Both the position numbers and the translations under genes were made by a program. Under the pieces are notes generated by a model. It saw nothing but the letters and a program-made list of their open reading frames with translations. It was not told the origin of the DNA and ran no database searches. Below are positions 10,797-18,925 of a stretch of 32,000 nucleotides of DNA, piece by piece (the stretch's first letter is position 1; each line of letters begins with the position of its first letter). The DNA lies in the NCBI RefSeq assembly GCF_964059045.1, contig NZ_OZ060402.1, forward strand, positions 180,001-212,000, in the 5' to 3' direction. The stretch comes from Candidatus Saccharimonadota bacterium. GTDB taxonomy: Bacteria > Pseudomonadota > Gammaproteobacteria > Enterobacterales > Enterobacteriaceae.

Positions 10797-10973
10797 TTTA
10801 TAGTATATATAATTATTTAATTTATAGAATATATAATTATTTAATTTATAGAATATATAATTATTTGTGCATATTATTTTTAATTATAATTGTTTAAAAA
10901 CAATTATAATTAAAAATAATATGCACAAATAATTATATATTCTATAAATTAAATAATTATATATTCTATAAAT
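10797..10973. repeat. Perfect 154-bp palindrome (arms 10820-10895 and 10898-10973, 76/76 complementary, 2-nt centre) made of 24-bp tandem units, plus one extra degenerate unit at 10797-10820
   Basis: Base-by-base check: position x pairs with 21793-x across the whole interval with no mismatch. The unit TTTATAGAATATATAATTATTTAA occurs at 10821-10844 and 10845-10868 (last 2 nt differ), with a 1-mismatch copy at 10797-10820. Mirrored copies lie on the right arm. The unique core is GTGCATATTATTTTTAATTATAATTGTTT. Confidence 0.95.
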
Positions 10974-11562
10974 ATTTTTTTAAATATAAAGATATTCCTT
11001 TTTGACTAGTTTCTATTCCAGGTTCTCCTTTTTCCCAATTAGCAGGGCACACTTCTCCATTTTTTTCGTGAAATTTAACAGCATCAATAATTCTTAATAT
11101 TTCTTTTATATTTCTTCCAATTGGTAAATCATTAATAGATTGATGTCTAATAATCCAATTTTTATCAATGAAAAAAGTAGCTCTCAGTGCTACACCTAAA
11201 TCAGGATGTTCAACTCCATATAATTTTTGTATGTCTCTTTTTATATCAGAAATCATAGTGAATTGCATGGGACCTATTCCACCTTTTTGAATATTAGTAT
11301 TTCTCCATTTTTCATGAGAAAATACTGAATCTATAGAAACTCCAATTAATGTTACTTGTCTTTTTTGAAATTCTGAATATAAAGCATTAAATTCTATTAA
11401 TTCGGTAGGACAAACAAAAGTAAAATCTAATGGCCAAAAAAATAATACGCATCCTTGATGAGATGAATTTTGTTTTTTAAAATTGTAATTTTGAATAATA
11501 CTTCCATCATTTAAAATTGCAGGTGCAGTAAAATCAGGAGATAATTTACTAACTAAAATCAT
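10966..11562 (-). CDS. ahpC: Typical 2-Cys peroxiredoxin (alkyl hydroperoxide reductase C / TsaA type)
   Basis: 198 aa. Peroxidatic Cys motif FFWPLDFTFVCPTE, resolving Cys EVCPANW, and conserved blocks HEKWRNT and LRATFFID. Confidence 0.92.
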   Translation of the reverse strand: MILVSKLSPDFTAPAILNDGSIIQNYNFKKQNSSHQGCVLFFWPLDFTFVCPTELIEFNALYSEFQKRQVTLIGVSIDSVFSHEKWRNTNIQKGGIGPMQFTMISDIKRDIQKLYGVEHPDLGVALRATFFIDKNWIIRHQSINDLPIGRNIKEILRIIDAVKFHEKNGEVCPANWEKGEPGIETSQKGISLYLKKYL

Positions 11563-11777
11563 ATTTGTTCCTTAATGGATAGCAATAATATTTATTTCTA
11601 TAATATATAATTAGATATCAATCTATACAGTATAATAAATGCTGTTTATTAAATTTGAAAAATATATTTTTAATATTTATTTTGATTATATTGTGAATAT
11701 AATTATTATTATCATATAATTGTACTATAAAAATAATGTTTTTATATATTTAATATATTTAATTTAGAGTGTATACA

Positions 11778-12443
11778 ATGCTTAAAATTAATAATATGAC
11801 TTGGCAAGATTTATTTTTGAAAACAAAAAATTGGATAAAATTATTACATATAATTCAAAAAAAAAGAAAACATAAAATTATTTACCCTATAGATTCAAAA
11901 ATATTTCAAGCATTTTTTTTAACTCCTTTTAATTTACTAAAAGTAGTTATTTTAGGTCAAGATCCTTATTGTCAATTCAATCAAGCAAATGGTTTGGCTT
12001 TTTCGGTTAATAAAGGTGTAAAAATACCTCCTTCTTTGATTAATATATATCAAGAATTAAAAAATGATTTAAAACAATCAAACATTGCTCAACATGGTTG
12101 TTTAGATTATTGGGCTAAACAAGGTGTGTTTTTATTAAATACTATTTTAACTGTAGAACATGGTAAACCTGGGTCTCATATTGATTTAGGATGGAAATAT
12201 TTTACAAATCAAGTTATTCGTTTTATTGATCAAAATCATATTGGTATTGTTTTTTTATTATGGGGTAATCAAGCTATTAGTACAAGAAATATTATTTGTT
12301 CAGGTCGAAATTATATTTTAACTGCTTCTCATCCATCACCATTATCGGTGTATCGTAGTTTTTTTGGATGTCGACATTTTTCAAAAACTAATAAAATATT
12401 AGTCAAAAATAAAATAAAACCAATTGATTGGTTATTAAATTAA
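11778..12443 (+). CDS. ung: Uracil-DNA glycosylase (family 1)
   Basis: Motifs VVILGQDPY, GLAFSV, GVFLLNTILTV and HPSPLS (Leu-intercalation loop), collinear with E. coli Ung. ATG 11778 is preferred over the ORF-track GTG at 11769. Confidence 0.93.
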   Translation: MLKINNMTWQDLFLKTKNWIKLLHIIQKKRKHKIIYPIDSKIFQAFFLTPFNLLKVVILGQDPYCQFNQANGLAFSVNKGVKIPPSLINIYQELKNDLKQSNIAQHGCLDYWAKQGVFLLNTILTVEHGKPGSHIDLGWKYFTNQVIRFIDQNHIGIVFLLWGNQAISTRNIICSGRNYILTASHPSPLSVYRSFFGCRHFSKTNKILVKNKIKPIDWLLN

Positions 12444-12578
12444 TTTTTTAAATAGATTTTTAATAATTAATATTATAAATTTAAATATAATATTATTATA
12501 TAATATATTTAACAATTACAAAATATTTAATATTTTTAACATAAAAAGACATAATTGTTATTTTTATTTATTTTTTTT

Positions 12579-13133
12579 TTATTCTAATGTTACAATGGCT
12601 TTTCTTAATATTTCTTTTTGAAAAATATATCCAATTTTTTCAATAGATTTAATGTATTGAGTATCATTTACATTATTTTCTGTATTTAATATTGTTTGAT
12701 GTAATTTGGGATTAAATATTTTTTTTTGACAACCTTCTTGTTGTAAGCCATATTTGTTCAATGTATCTAATAAACATTTTAAAGTTAAAATTAATCCTTG
12801 ATGAATAGTATTATTTTGAAATTCTTTATTTGTATTTAATTGTATAATATTTTGCATATCATCAATGATAGGTATTATTTTTTTGATAAATTTTTTATTT
12901 TCATTTAGTTTTAGTTGATTAATATTATTAATTGATTGTTTTCTAATGTTTTCTATTGTAGCTTGTGTTCTTAATTTAGTATCATGAATTTTTTTTTCAA
13001 ATTTTATAATCTCTTTTTTTAAATTATTTTTTTGTTCTTTTTGAGTAATCAATATCGTTTGTTCTTTTTTTATTGTTTGTTCATCAATATTAGAACAAGA
13101 ATGTTCATTAATTTTTTCTTTGTTCATATTCAT
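12579..13133 (-). CDS. grpE: Nucleotide exchange factor GrpE (divergent)
   Basis: 184 aa with a K/E/Q-rich coiled-coil N-half and a small C-terminal domain. It is divergently adjacent to nadK exactly as in E. coli and is preceded by a near-consensus sigma-32 promoter. Sequence similarity to E. coli GrpE is weak by eye. Confidence 0.8.
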   Translation of the reverse strand: MNMNKEKINEHSCSNIDEQTIKKEQTILITQKEQKNNLKKEIIKFEKKIHDTKLRTQATIENIRKQSINNINQLKLNENKKFIKKIIPIIDDMQNIIQLNTNKEFQNNTIHQGLILTLKCLLDTLNKYGLQQEGCQKKIFNPKLHQTILNTENNVNDTQYIKSIEKIGYIFQKEILRKAIVTLE

Positions 13134-13160
13134 AATAGTTCCTATATTTTTATTTATTTA

Positions 13161-13188
13161 TTATGGGGTTTAGAAGAATTTTTTCAAG
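13161..13188 (-). promoter_or_regulatory. Sigma-32 (RpoH) heat-shock promoter of grpE
   Basis: The minus strand reads CTTGAAA-(13 nt)-CCCCATAA, versus the consensus CTTGAA-N13-17-CCCCATNT. The -10 element ends 27 nt upstream of the grpE ATG (13133), and an AGGAA Shine-Dalgarno-like motif lies between them. The CCCC run sits in otherwise about 90% AT sequence. Confidence 0.8.
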
Positions 13189-13237
13189 AATATTTTTATA
13201 ATTTTATATATATTTTTATTGAGACAAGTTGTTTAAA

Positions 13238-14113
13238 ATGAAAAAAAAATTCTATTGTATAGGTATTATAGGAAGACCACGAGACAATCGTGCATTCATA
13301 ATACATAAAAAATTATATTATTGGTTATTAGATCAAGGATATAAAGTAATTATTGAAGATAAAATATCTAATGAATTAACACTAAAAAATTCTCAGATAG
13401 CTACATTAACAGAAATTGGTAAATTGTGTAATTTAGCAATAGTAGTAGGTGGTGATGGAAATATGCTAGGAGCTGCACGTATATTGTCTTGTTATCCTAT
13501 TAAAATTATTGGTATTAATAAAGGAAACTTAGGTTTTTTAACAGATTTAAATTTTAATACTGTATTTCAAGAATTATCTGAAATTTTATCAGGTTCATAT
13601 ATTCTAGAAGATAGATTTATATTAGAAACGATAGTATTAAGTAAATTTTCTCATTCTCAAACAAGTACTGCTGTTAATGAAGTTGTTATACATTCTGAAA
13701 AAGTAGCTCATATGATAGAATTTGAAGTTTATATTGATGAAAAATTAGCTTTTTCTCAACGTTCAGATGGGTTGATTATTTCTACTCCAACAGGATCTAC
13801 AGGATATTCTTTATCAGCAGGAGGTCCTATTCTTTCCACATCATTAGATGCTATTGTATTAGTTCCAATGTTTCCACATACTTTATCAGCACGTCCTTTA
13901 GTCATCAGTAATAGTAGTGTGATCTTATTAAAGTTTTTAAATATGCAGAATAGATTAAAAGTAAGTTGTGATAGTCAAATTGTATTATCAGTAGATTTAC
14001 AAGATATGGTTTTGATTCGTCGAAGTGCTAATTATGTTCGTTTTATTCATTCTAAAAAATATAATTATTTTGATATGTTAAGTAAAAAATTAAATTGGTT
14101 TAAAAAAGGTTGA
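13238..14113 (+). CDS. nadK: NAD kinase
   Basis: [35 protein letters not shown] and [26 protein letters not shown] are collinear with E. coli NadK (292 aa). ATG 13238 is preferred over the TTG at 13229. Confidence 0.95.
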   Translation: MKKKFYCIGIIGRPRDNRAFIIHKKLYYWLLDQGYKVIIEDKISNELTLKNSQIATLTEIGKLCNLAIVVGGDGNMLGAARILSCYPIKIIGINKGNLGFLTDLNFNTVFQELSEILSGSYILEDRFILETIVLSKFSHSQTSTAVNEVVIHSEKVAHMIEFEVYIDEKLAFSQRSDGLIISTPTGSTGYSLSAGGPILSTSLDAIVLVPMFPHTLSARPLVISNSSVILLKFLNMQNRLKVSCDSQIVLSVDLQDMVLIRRSANYVRFIHSKKYNYFDMLSKKLNWFKKG

Positions 14114-14178
14114 ATAATAAATTTTTATTGATCTATATATTTATATGATTATTAAAAGATACTGTTATTTATTGTTTG

Positions 14179-14257
14179 ATAATTTTATTCAAAAATTTTA
14201 ATTTGATTAATTTTAAAATTTATTTTTATTAAAATTAATATTTTTGAATAAAATTAT
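14179..14257. terminator. Composite hairpin between convergent nadK and ssrA (18-bp perfect outer stem plus 11-bp perfect inner stem)
   Basis: 14179-14196 (ATAATTTTATTCAAAAAT) is the exact reverse complement of 14240-14257. 14206-14216 (ATTAATTTTAA) is the exact reverse complement of 14229-14239. There is a 9-nt bulge on the left side only, a 12-nt loop, and TTTT follows on the + strand. Confidence 0.5.
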
Positions 14258-14319
14258 TTTTAGTATTAAGAAAATATTTTAATATTACATAAAATATTAT
14301 AAAAATGATTTATAGATAA

Positions 14320-14688
14320 TGGTGGAGCTGGCGGGATTCGAACCCGCGTCCAAAAATTCTTATAACTTTAGTACTACATGCTTATTCTGTATAAATATTT
14401 ATATTCATTTTTTTTTGTACAGACACATTAAAAAAAATATAACTTAAAAAATATTTTAGTATAATAGCTTATAAGTATCACTAATAATACGATCTCTTGA
14501 TTAATGACCTTCTTTTTTTCTAATATTAAGAGAAAAATTTAGAAAAGAAGGGCTTTTACAGTTTATTAAGCTGCTAAAGCGTAGTTTTCTTGTTTTTCAG
14601 ATATTTTATTTTCGGTTTTTAGCGAGGCAACCGATCCTCGGCATGCACTTAGGTTTTCAGATTTTTTGTCAAATCCATAATCAGCCCC
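14320..14688 (-). ncRNA. ssrA: tmRNA (SsrA), about 369 nt
   Basis: The minus strand starts GGGGCTGATTATGGATTTGAC...GTGCATGCCGAGGATCGGTTGCCTCG and ends GGACGCGGGTTCGAATCCCGCCAGCTCCACCA. These match the tRNA-like acceptor/T-arm halves of E. coli tmRNA. The internal tag reading frame is ...GAA AAA CAA GAA AAC TAC GCT TTA GCA GCT TAA TAA (..EKQENYALAA**). Confidence 0.95.
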
Positions 14689-14935
14689 TAATCTTTATAT
14701 TAATTTGATGTTTTATAATAAATTTTTTTTAAAAAATATTCTAACATTTTTTTTTTTTTTTTTCTACAAATAAATTATATTATACATAATATAATTTATT
14801 ATTATTTTAAACAGGTAATAAGATATATATATATGATATTAAAATTATTTGTAATTTTATTAATTTACTAATATTATTGATTTTAAATAAATTATATTTT
14901 ATTATTTTTTTAAATATTATCCATGAGAAAAATAT

Positions 14936-15253
14936 ATGAATATTAATGAAAAAATTAAAGAACAAATAAATAACCATCCTATTTTGTTATATATGAAAGG
15001 TTCTCCTAAATCACCTAGTTGTGGTTTTTCTGCTCAAGCAGTACAAGTCCTTTCTTCTTTTGATAAACGGTTTGCTTATATTGATGTTTTAGATAACCCT
15101 GATATTCGAAAAGAATTACCAAAATATGCTAATTGGCCTACTTTCCCTCAATTATGGATTAATGGTGAATTAATAGGTGGTTGTAATATCATATTAGAAT
15201 TATTTAATAATGGTGAATTAAAAAAAATGATAGATCAAATAGAAATAAAATAA
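14936..15253 (+). CDS. grxD: Monothiol glutaredoxin (Grx4 family)
   Basis: 105 aa with the CGFS active site in context (LYMKGSPKSPSCGFS), WPTFPQLWINGELIGG, and family-typical length. Confidence 0.93.
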   Translation: MNINEKIKEQINNHPILLYMKGSPKSPSCGFSAQAVQVLSSFDKRFAYIDVLDNPDIRKELPKYANWPTFPQLWINGELIGGCNIILELFNNGELKKMIDQIEIK

Positions 15254-15395
15254 TTTTTTATTTTTTTAATTATATTTTTATAGATATGAAATATATATTT
15301 AATATGTATAATGATTTTTGGTATTAATTTAATATTTTTTTATAAATAATTTTTATTAATATTTCTATATTTATATTATTGTTTTTAAATATGAT

Positions 15396-16058
15396 TTATA
15401 TTACATTTTTGTATTTATGGGTATTAGGTTGCACCGGCCAACCACCTAATGTTTTCCATTTATTAACTAATTCACAAAATAAATTAGCCGTTTGTAAAGT
15501 ATCATAAAGAGCTGAGTGGGCTTGGTTGATATCAAACACCAATCCTACTGCTTTGCAAGCTTTTGCTAAGACTGTTTGACCTACCACTAATCCACTTAAA
15601 GATGCAGTATCAAAAGTCACAAAAGGATGAAATGGATGATTTTTAATACCTACTCTATTTATAGCTGCCATAATAAAGTTATAATCAAACATTGCATTAT
15701 GTGCTACTATAATTGCTTTTTTACATTTTTTTTCTTCTATTCCTTGATGAACTAAATCGCATATTTTTCTTATTGCTTCTTTTTCACTAATAGCTAATCT
15801 TAATGGATTAAAAGGATCAATTTTATTAAATGCTAAAGCTTCAGGATTTATAAAAGATCCTTGGAATGGTATAATATGAAAATGTAATAAAGATTCTTTT
15901 TTTATCCATCCTTTTTCATCCATATTTAAAGTAATAGCAGCAATTTCTAGTATTGCGTCTTTTTGAGAATCAAATCCAGCAGTTTCCACATCAATTACTA
16001 CTGGATAAAAATTTCTAAATCGATTTTTTAGACTATTCATTTTTTGATTAATTAACAT
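15396..16058 (-). CDS. rnt: Ribonuclease T (DEDDh exoribonuclease)
   Basis: [31 protein letters not shown] and AHSALYD are collinear with E. coli RNase T. C-terminal LGGWP is present. Confidence 0.93.
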   Translation of the reverse strand: MLINQKMNSLKNRFRNFYPVVIDVETAGFDSQKDAILEIAAITLNMDEKGWIKKESLLHFHIIPFQGSFINPEALAFNKIDPFNPLRLAISEKEAIRKICDLVHQGIEEKKCKKAIIVAHNAMFDYNFIMAAINRVGIKNHPFHPFVTFDTASLSGLVVGQTVLAKACKAVGLVFDINQAHSALYDTLQTANLFCELVNKWKTLGGWPVQPNTHKYKNVI

Positions 16059-16408
16059 TATATGCTCTATATTTTTATATATTTTTATAGTAATTATATG
16101 TTTAATTTTTTGTTTTTAGTTTTTGAAAATTAACATAATGTAAAAAAAATAACAATATATATATAATAAAATATTTTTTTTAAATTTTTATATTATATAG
16201 ATTAAGTTGAGAAAAAATATTTTATTTTGATAATTTATTATTATATTTTATATGTAGATAAATTATTTTGTATCTTAATTTCAAGATAATTATATGATAC
16301 ATTTTGTTTTTAATATGATATAATTATTTTAAAAATAAGGCTTTTTATTTTAATCAAATTAGATTTTTATAAAATATTAAATATATCAATTAAATTTAGG
16401 ATTTAATC

Positions 16409-17026
16409 ATGAGTTACAGTTTACCTGTATTACCATATAAATATGATTACTTAGAACCATATTTTGATGCTTTAACCATGAACATACATTATAATAAACA
16501 CCATCAAAATTATATTAATAATACTAATAATATATTAGAATCTATGAATTTTCCTAATATTAAAGCTGAAATATTAATTAAAAAATTAGATGACATTCCA
16601 TTAGTTAGTCAAAATAATTTACGTAATAATCTTGGTGGACATGTTAATCATTGTTTATTTTGGAATGGATTGAAAATTGGTACTGTATTAAAAGGTAATT
16701 TAAAAGAAAAGTTAATCAGTACATTTAATAATATTCAACAATTTCAAAGTGAATTTGAAAAGATAGCTTTATCAAGGTTTGGTTCAGGATGGATTTGGTT
16801 AGTTTATCATGATAATTGTTTAAAAATCATTTCTACAGCTAATCAAGATAATCCATTGATGGGGGAATCTTTAACTGGAGTATCAGGTGATCCTATTATT
16901 TGTTTAGATTTATGGGAACATTCTTATTATTTACAATATCAGAATAGACGTTTAGAATATGTACAGGCTTTTTGGAACGTAGTTAATTGGGATGAAGCAT
17001 CTAGACGCTACAATGAATGTTTATAA
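16409..17026 (+). CDS. sodA: Manganese superoxide dismutase
   Basis: [39 protein letters not shown] and [15 protein letters not shown] are collinear with E. coli SodA (206 aa). Confidence 0.93.
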   Translation: MSYSLPVLPYKYDYLEPYFDALTMNIHYNKHHQNYINNTNNILESMNFPNIKAEILIKKLDDIPLVSQNNLRNNLGGHVNHCLFWNGLKIGTVLKGNLKEKLISTFNNIQQFQSEFEKIALSRFGSGWIWLVYHDNCLKIISTANQDNPLMGESLTGVSGDPIICLDLWEHSYYLQYQNRRLEYVQAFWNVVNWDEASRRYNECL

Positions 17027-17070
17027 TATATAATAATAATTGAATATATATTTTATTAATTGAAGGTTTT

Positions 17071-17637
17071 TTGAAAAAAATAAAAATGATAGTTGGATTA
17101 GCTAATCCAAATAATTTATATTGCAAAACACGTCATAATATTGGATCTGTTTATATTTATTTATTAGCTAATCATTACAAATTAAAATTAAAAGAAGAAA
17201 AAAAATTTTTTGGATATACTGAAAATATTTATTTAAATAATGAAATAGTACGATTATTAGTACCTAATATATTTATGAATATTAATGGTAAATCCGTTTT
17301 TTTAATGTCATCTTTTTATAATATTAATCTCGATCAAATTTTAATTATACATGATGATCTTGACTTAATTCCAGGAGTTATAAAAATAAAATATGGTTTT
17401 GGAACTAATGGTCATAAAGGATTGAAAAATATTATTTCTTATTTTAAGAATGGTGTTAGTTTTTATCGAATAAGAATTGGCATTGGTCGTCCCAATCAAT
17501 TAGGTGAAATACCGAATTATGTTTTATCTATTCCAAACAAATATGAATTAAATTTAATTTATCAATCAATGAAAAAAACTATTTTTTTTATTGAAAATTT
17601 TATTCGAGAACCAAATTTAAAAAATTTTAGTAATTGA
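17071..17637 (+). CDS. pth: Peptidyl-tRNA hydrolase
   Basis: IVGLANP, TRHNIG, LLVPNIFMNINGKS, HDDLDL, GHKGLKNI and RIGIGRP. A TTG start at 17071 with GAAGG 4 nt upstream fits the E. coli N-terminal length better than ATG 17086. The start codon is uncertain. Confidence 0.9.
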   Translation: MKKIKMIVGLANPNNLYCKTRHNIGSVYIYLLANHYKLKLKEEKKFFGYTENIYLNNEIVRLLVPNIFMNINGKSVFLMSSFYNINLDQILIIHDDLDLIPGVIKIKYGFGTNGHKGLKNIISYFKNGVSFYRIRIGIGRPNQLGEIPNYVLSIPNKYELNLIYQSMKKTIFFIENFIREPNLKNFSN

Positions 17638-17751
17638 TTTAATTATTATTTAAATTTAAATAAATACATAAATATTTACTTATAAAAATAATTTACTTAT
17701 AAAAACATATGATATTGTTATTTTGATATATTATTTAGGTTGATAAAATAT

Positions 17752-18846
17752 ATGCATTTTAAGTGTGGAATTATAGGTTTGCCCAATGTAGGAAAATCTA
17801 CTTTATTTAATGCATTAACTGCTACAAAAATTTTAGTTGCAAATTATCCTTTTTCTACTATAAAACCTAATATAAGTACAGTCCCAATATTAGATCAAAG
17901 ATTAAATGATATTGCAAAAATTGTTTTACCTAAAAAAATTATAACTAATTTTATAGAATTAGTTGATATTGCTGGTTTAGTAAAAGGAGCTTCAAAAGGA
18001 GAAGGTTTAGGTAATAAATTTTTAAATAATATTAAAGATACTGATGCGATCATACATGTTGTTCGTTGTTTTCAAAATCATTCTATTACACATGTTTATG
18101 GTAAAGTGGATCCGATTAAAGATATCGAAATTATTAATTTAGAATTAATTTTATCAGATATAGATATTTGTGAAAAATTTATTTTAAGAATTAAAAAAAA
18201 AAATAAGCTTGAAAATAAAGAATTTAATATAGAATTAAATATAGTCAATCGTTGTCTAGATCATTTAAAAAAATTTAAAATGTTAAGATTATTAAAATTA
18301 ACTGTAGAAGAAAAGAAAAGTATTTCTCATTTACGTTTATTAACATTTAAACCAATGATGTATGTAGCAAATATCAGTGAAAAAAAATATGATCATGATT
18401 TACTCAAAAATGTTTTACAATTTGCAAAACAAGAAAATTCAATAGTTATTCCAATATTTTTATTACAAGTATCAGAAGAATCAAAAAAAATTAAACATAA
18501 AATTATGAATAATAATGATCATTTTAATTTTTTTAGTTCTAATTCTATTTTATCAGAAATTATTTCTTTAGGTTATAAATTATTAAATTTAAGAACATTT
18601 TTTACTGCAGGAGTTAAAGAAGTACGGGCATGGACAATGTCACAAGGTAGTACTGCTAAAGAAGCAGGAAGAGTAATTCATAGTGATTTTTATCATGGAT
18701 TTATTCGTGTCAAAGTTATCAAGTATGAAGATTTTATTTTTTACAAAGGTGAATTAGGAGTTAAATTAGCTGGTAAAATACGCACTGAAGGTAAAAAATA
18801 TATTGTACAAGATGGAGATATATTAAATTTTTTATTTAATTTATAA
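17752..18846 (+). CDS. ychF: Ribosome-binding ATPase YchF (Obg-like)
   Basis: [23 protein letters not shown] (P-loop), [35 protein letters not shown] and C-terminal [10 protein letters not shown] are collinear with E. coli YchF (363 aa). The pth-ychF adjacency matches E. coli. Confidence 0.95.
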   Translation: MHFKCGIIGLPNVGKSTLFNALTATKILVANYPFSTIKPNISTVPILDQRLNDIAKIVLPKKIITNFIELVDIAGLVKGASKGEGLGNKFLNNIKDTDAIIHVVRCFQNHSITHVYGKVDPIKDIEIINLELILSDIDICEKFILRIKKKNKLENKEFNIELNIVNRCLDHLKKFKMLRLLKLTVEEKKSISHLRLLTFKPMMYVANISEKKYDHDLLKNVLQFAKQENSIVIPIFLLQVSEESKKIKHKIMNNNDHFNFFSSNSILSEIISLGYKLLNLRTFFTAGVKEVRAWTMSQGSTAKEAGRVIHSDFYHGFIRVKVIKYEDFIFYKGELGVKLAGKIRTEGKKYIVQDGDILNFLFNL

Positions 18847-18878
18847 ATTTATAACGAAATTTATATTTGATAGTTTTG

Positions 18879-18910
18879 ATAGAGAGGATGAATTGTTTTT
18901 TCCTCTCTAT
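18879..18910. terminator. GC-containing hairpin between convergent ychF and thrC; likely intrinsic terminator for ychF
   Basis: ATAGAGAGGA (18879-18888) pairs perfectly with TCCTCTCTAT (18901-18910). The loop is 12 nt, and TTTAATTT follows on the + strand. It is one of the few G/C-rich stems in the intergenic DNA. Confidence 0.65.
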
Positions 18911-18925
18911 TTTAATTTGACAGAT

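Noticed and set aside
10865-10890. TTGTGC-14 nt-TATAAT promoter-like motif inside each palindrome arm.
   Set aside because: The 14-nt spacing is poor for sigma-70. TATAAT-like hexamers are ubiquitous at this AT content, and it would drive antisense transcription into the neighbouring gene. There is no supporting evidence.
10797-10973. The 24-bp tandem units considered as a CRISPR array, and the palindrome considered as a MITE or IS remnant.
   Set aside because: The units are directly contiguous with no spacers, and there are no cas genes. I found no target-site duplication, no transposase fragment, and no second copy of the unit or core elsewhere in the 32 kb. It is better described as a local tandem plus inverted duplication.
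13032-13241. 69-aa + strand ORF spanning the grpE 5' end and the grpE-nadK spacer.
   Set aside because: It overlaps the grpE start and its sigma-32 promoter on the opposite strand. The translation is F/I/L/Y-rich noise, and nadK begins at 13238 by homology.
14917-14925. TTATCCATG, a DnaA-box-like 9-mer upstream of grxD.
   Set aside because: It has two mismatches to TTATCCACA. It is a single isolated copy with no AT-rich 13-mer array or neighbouring origin-associated genes, so it is not an origin.
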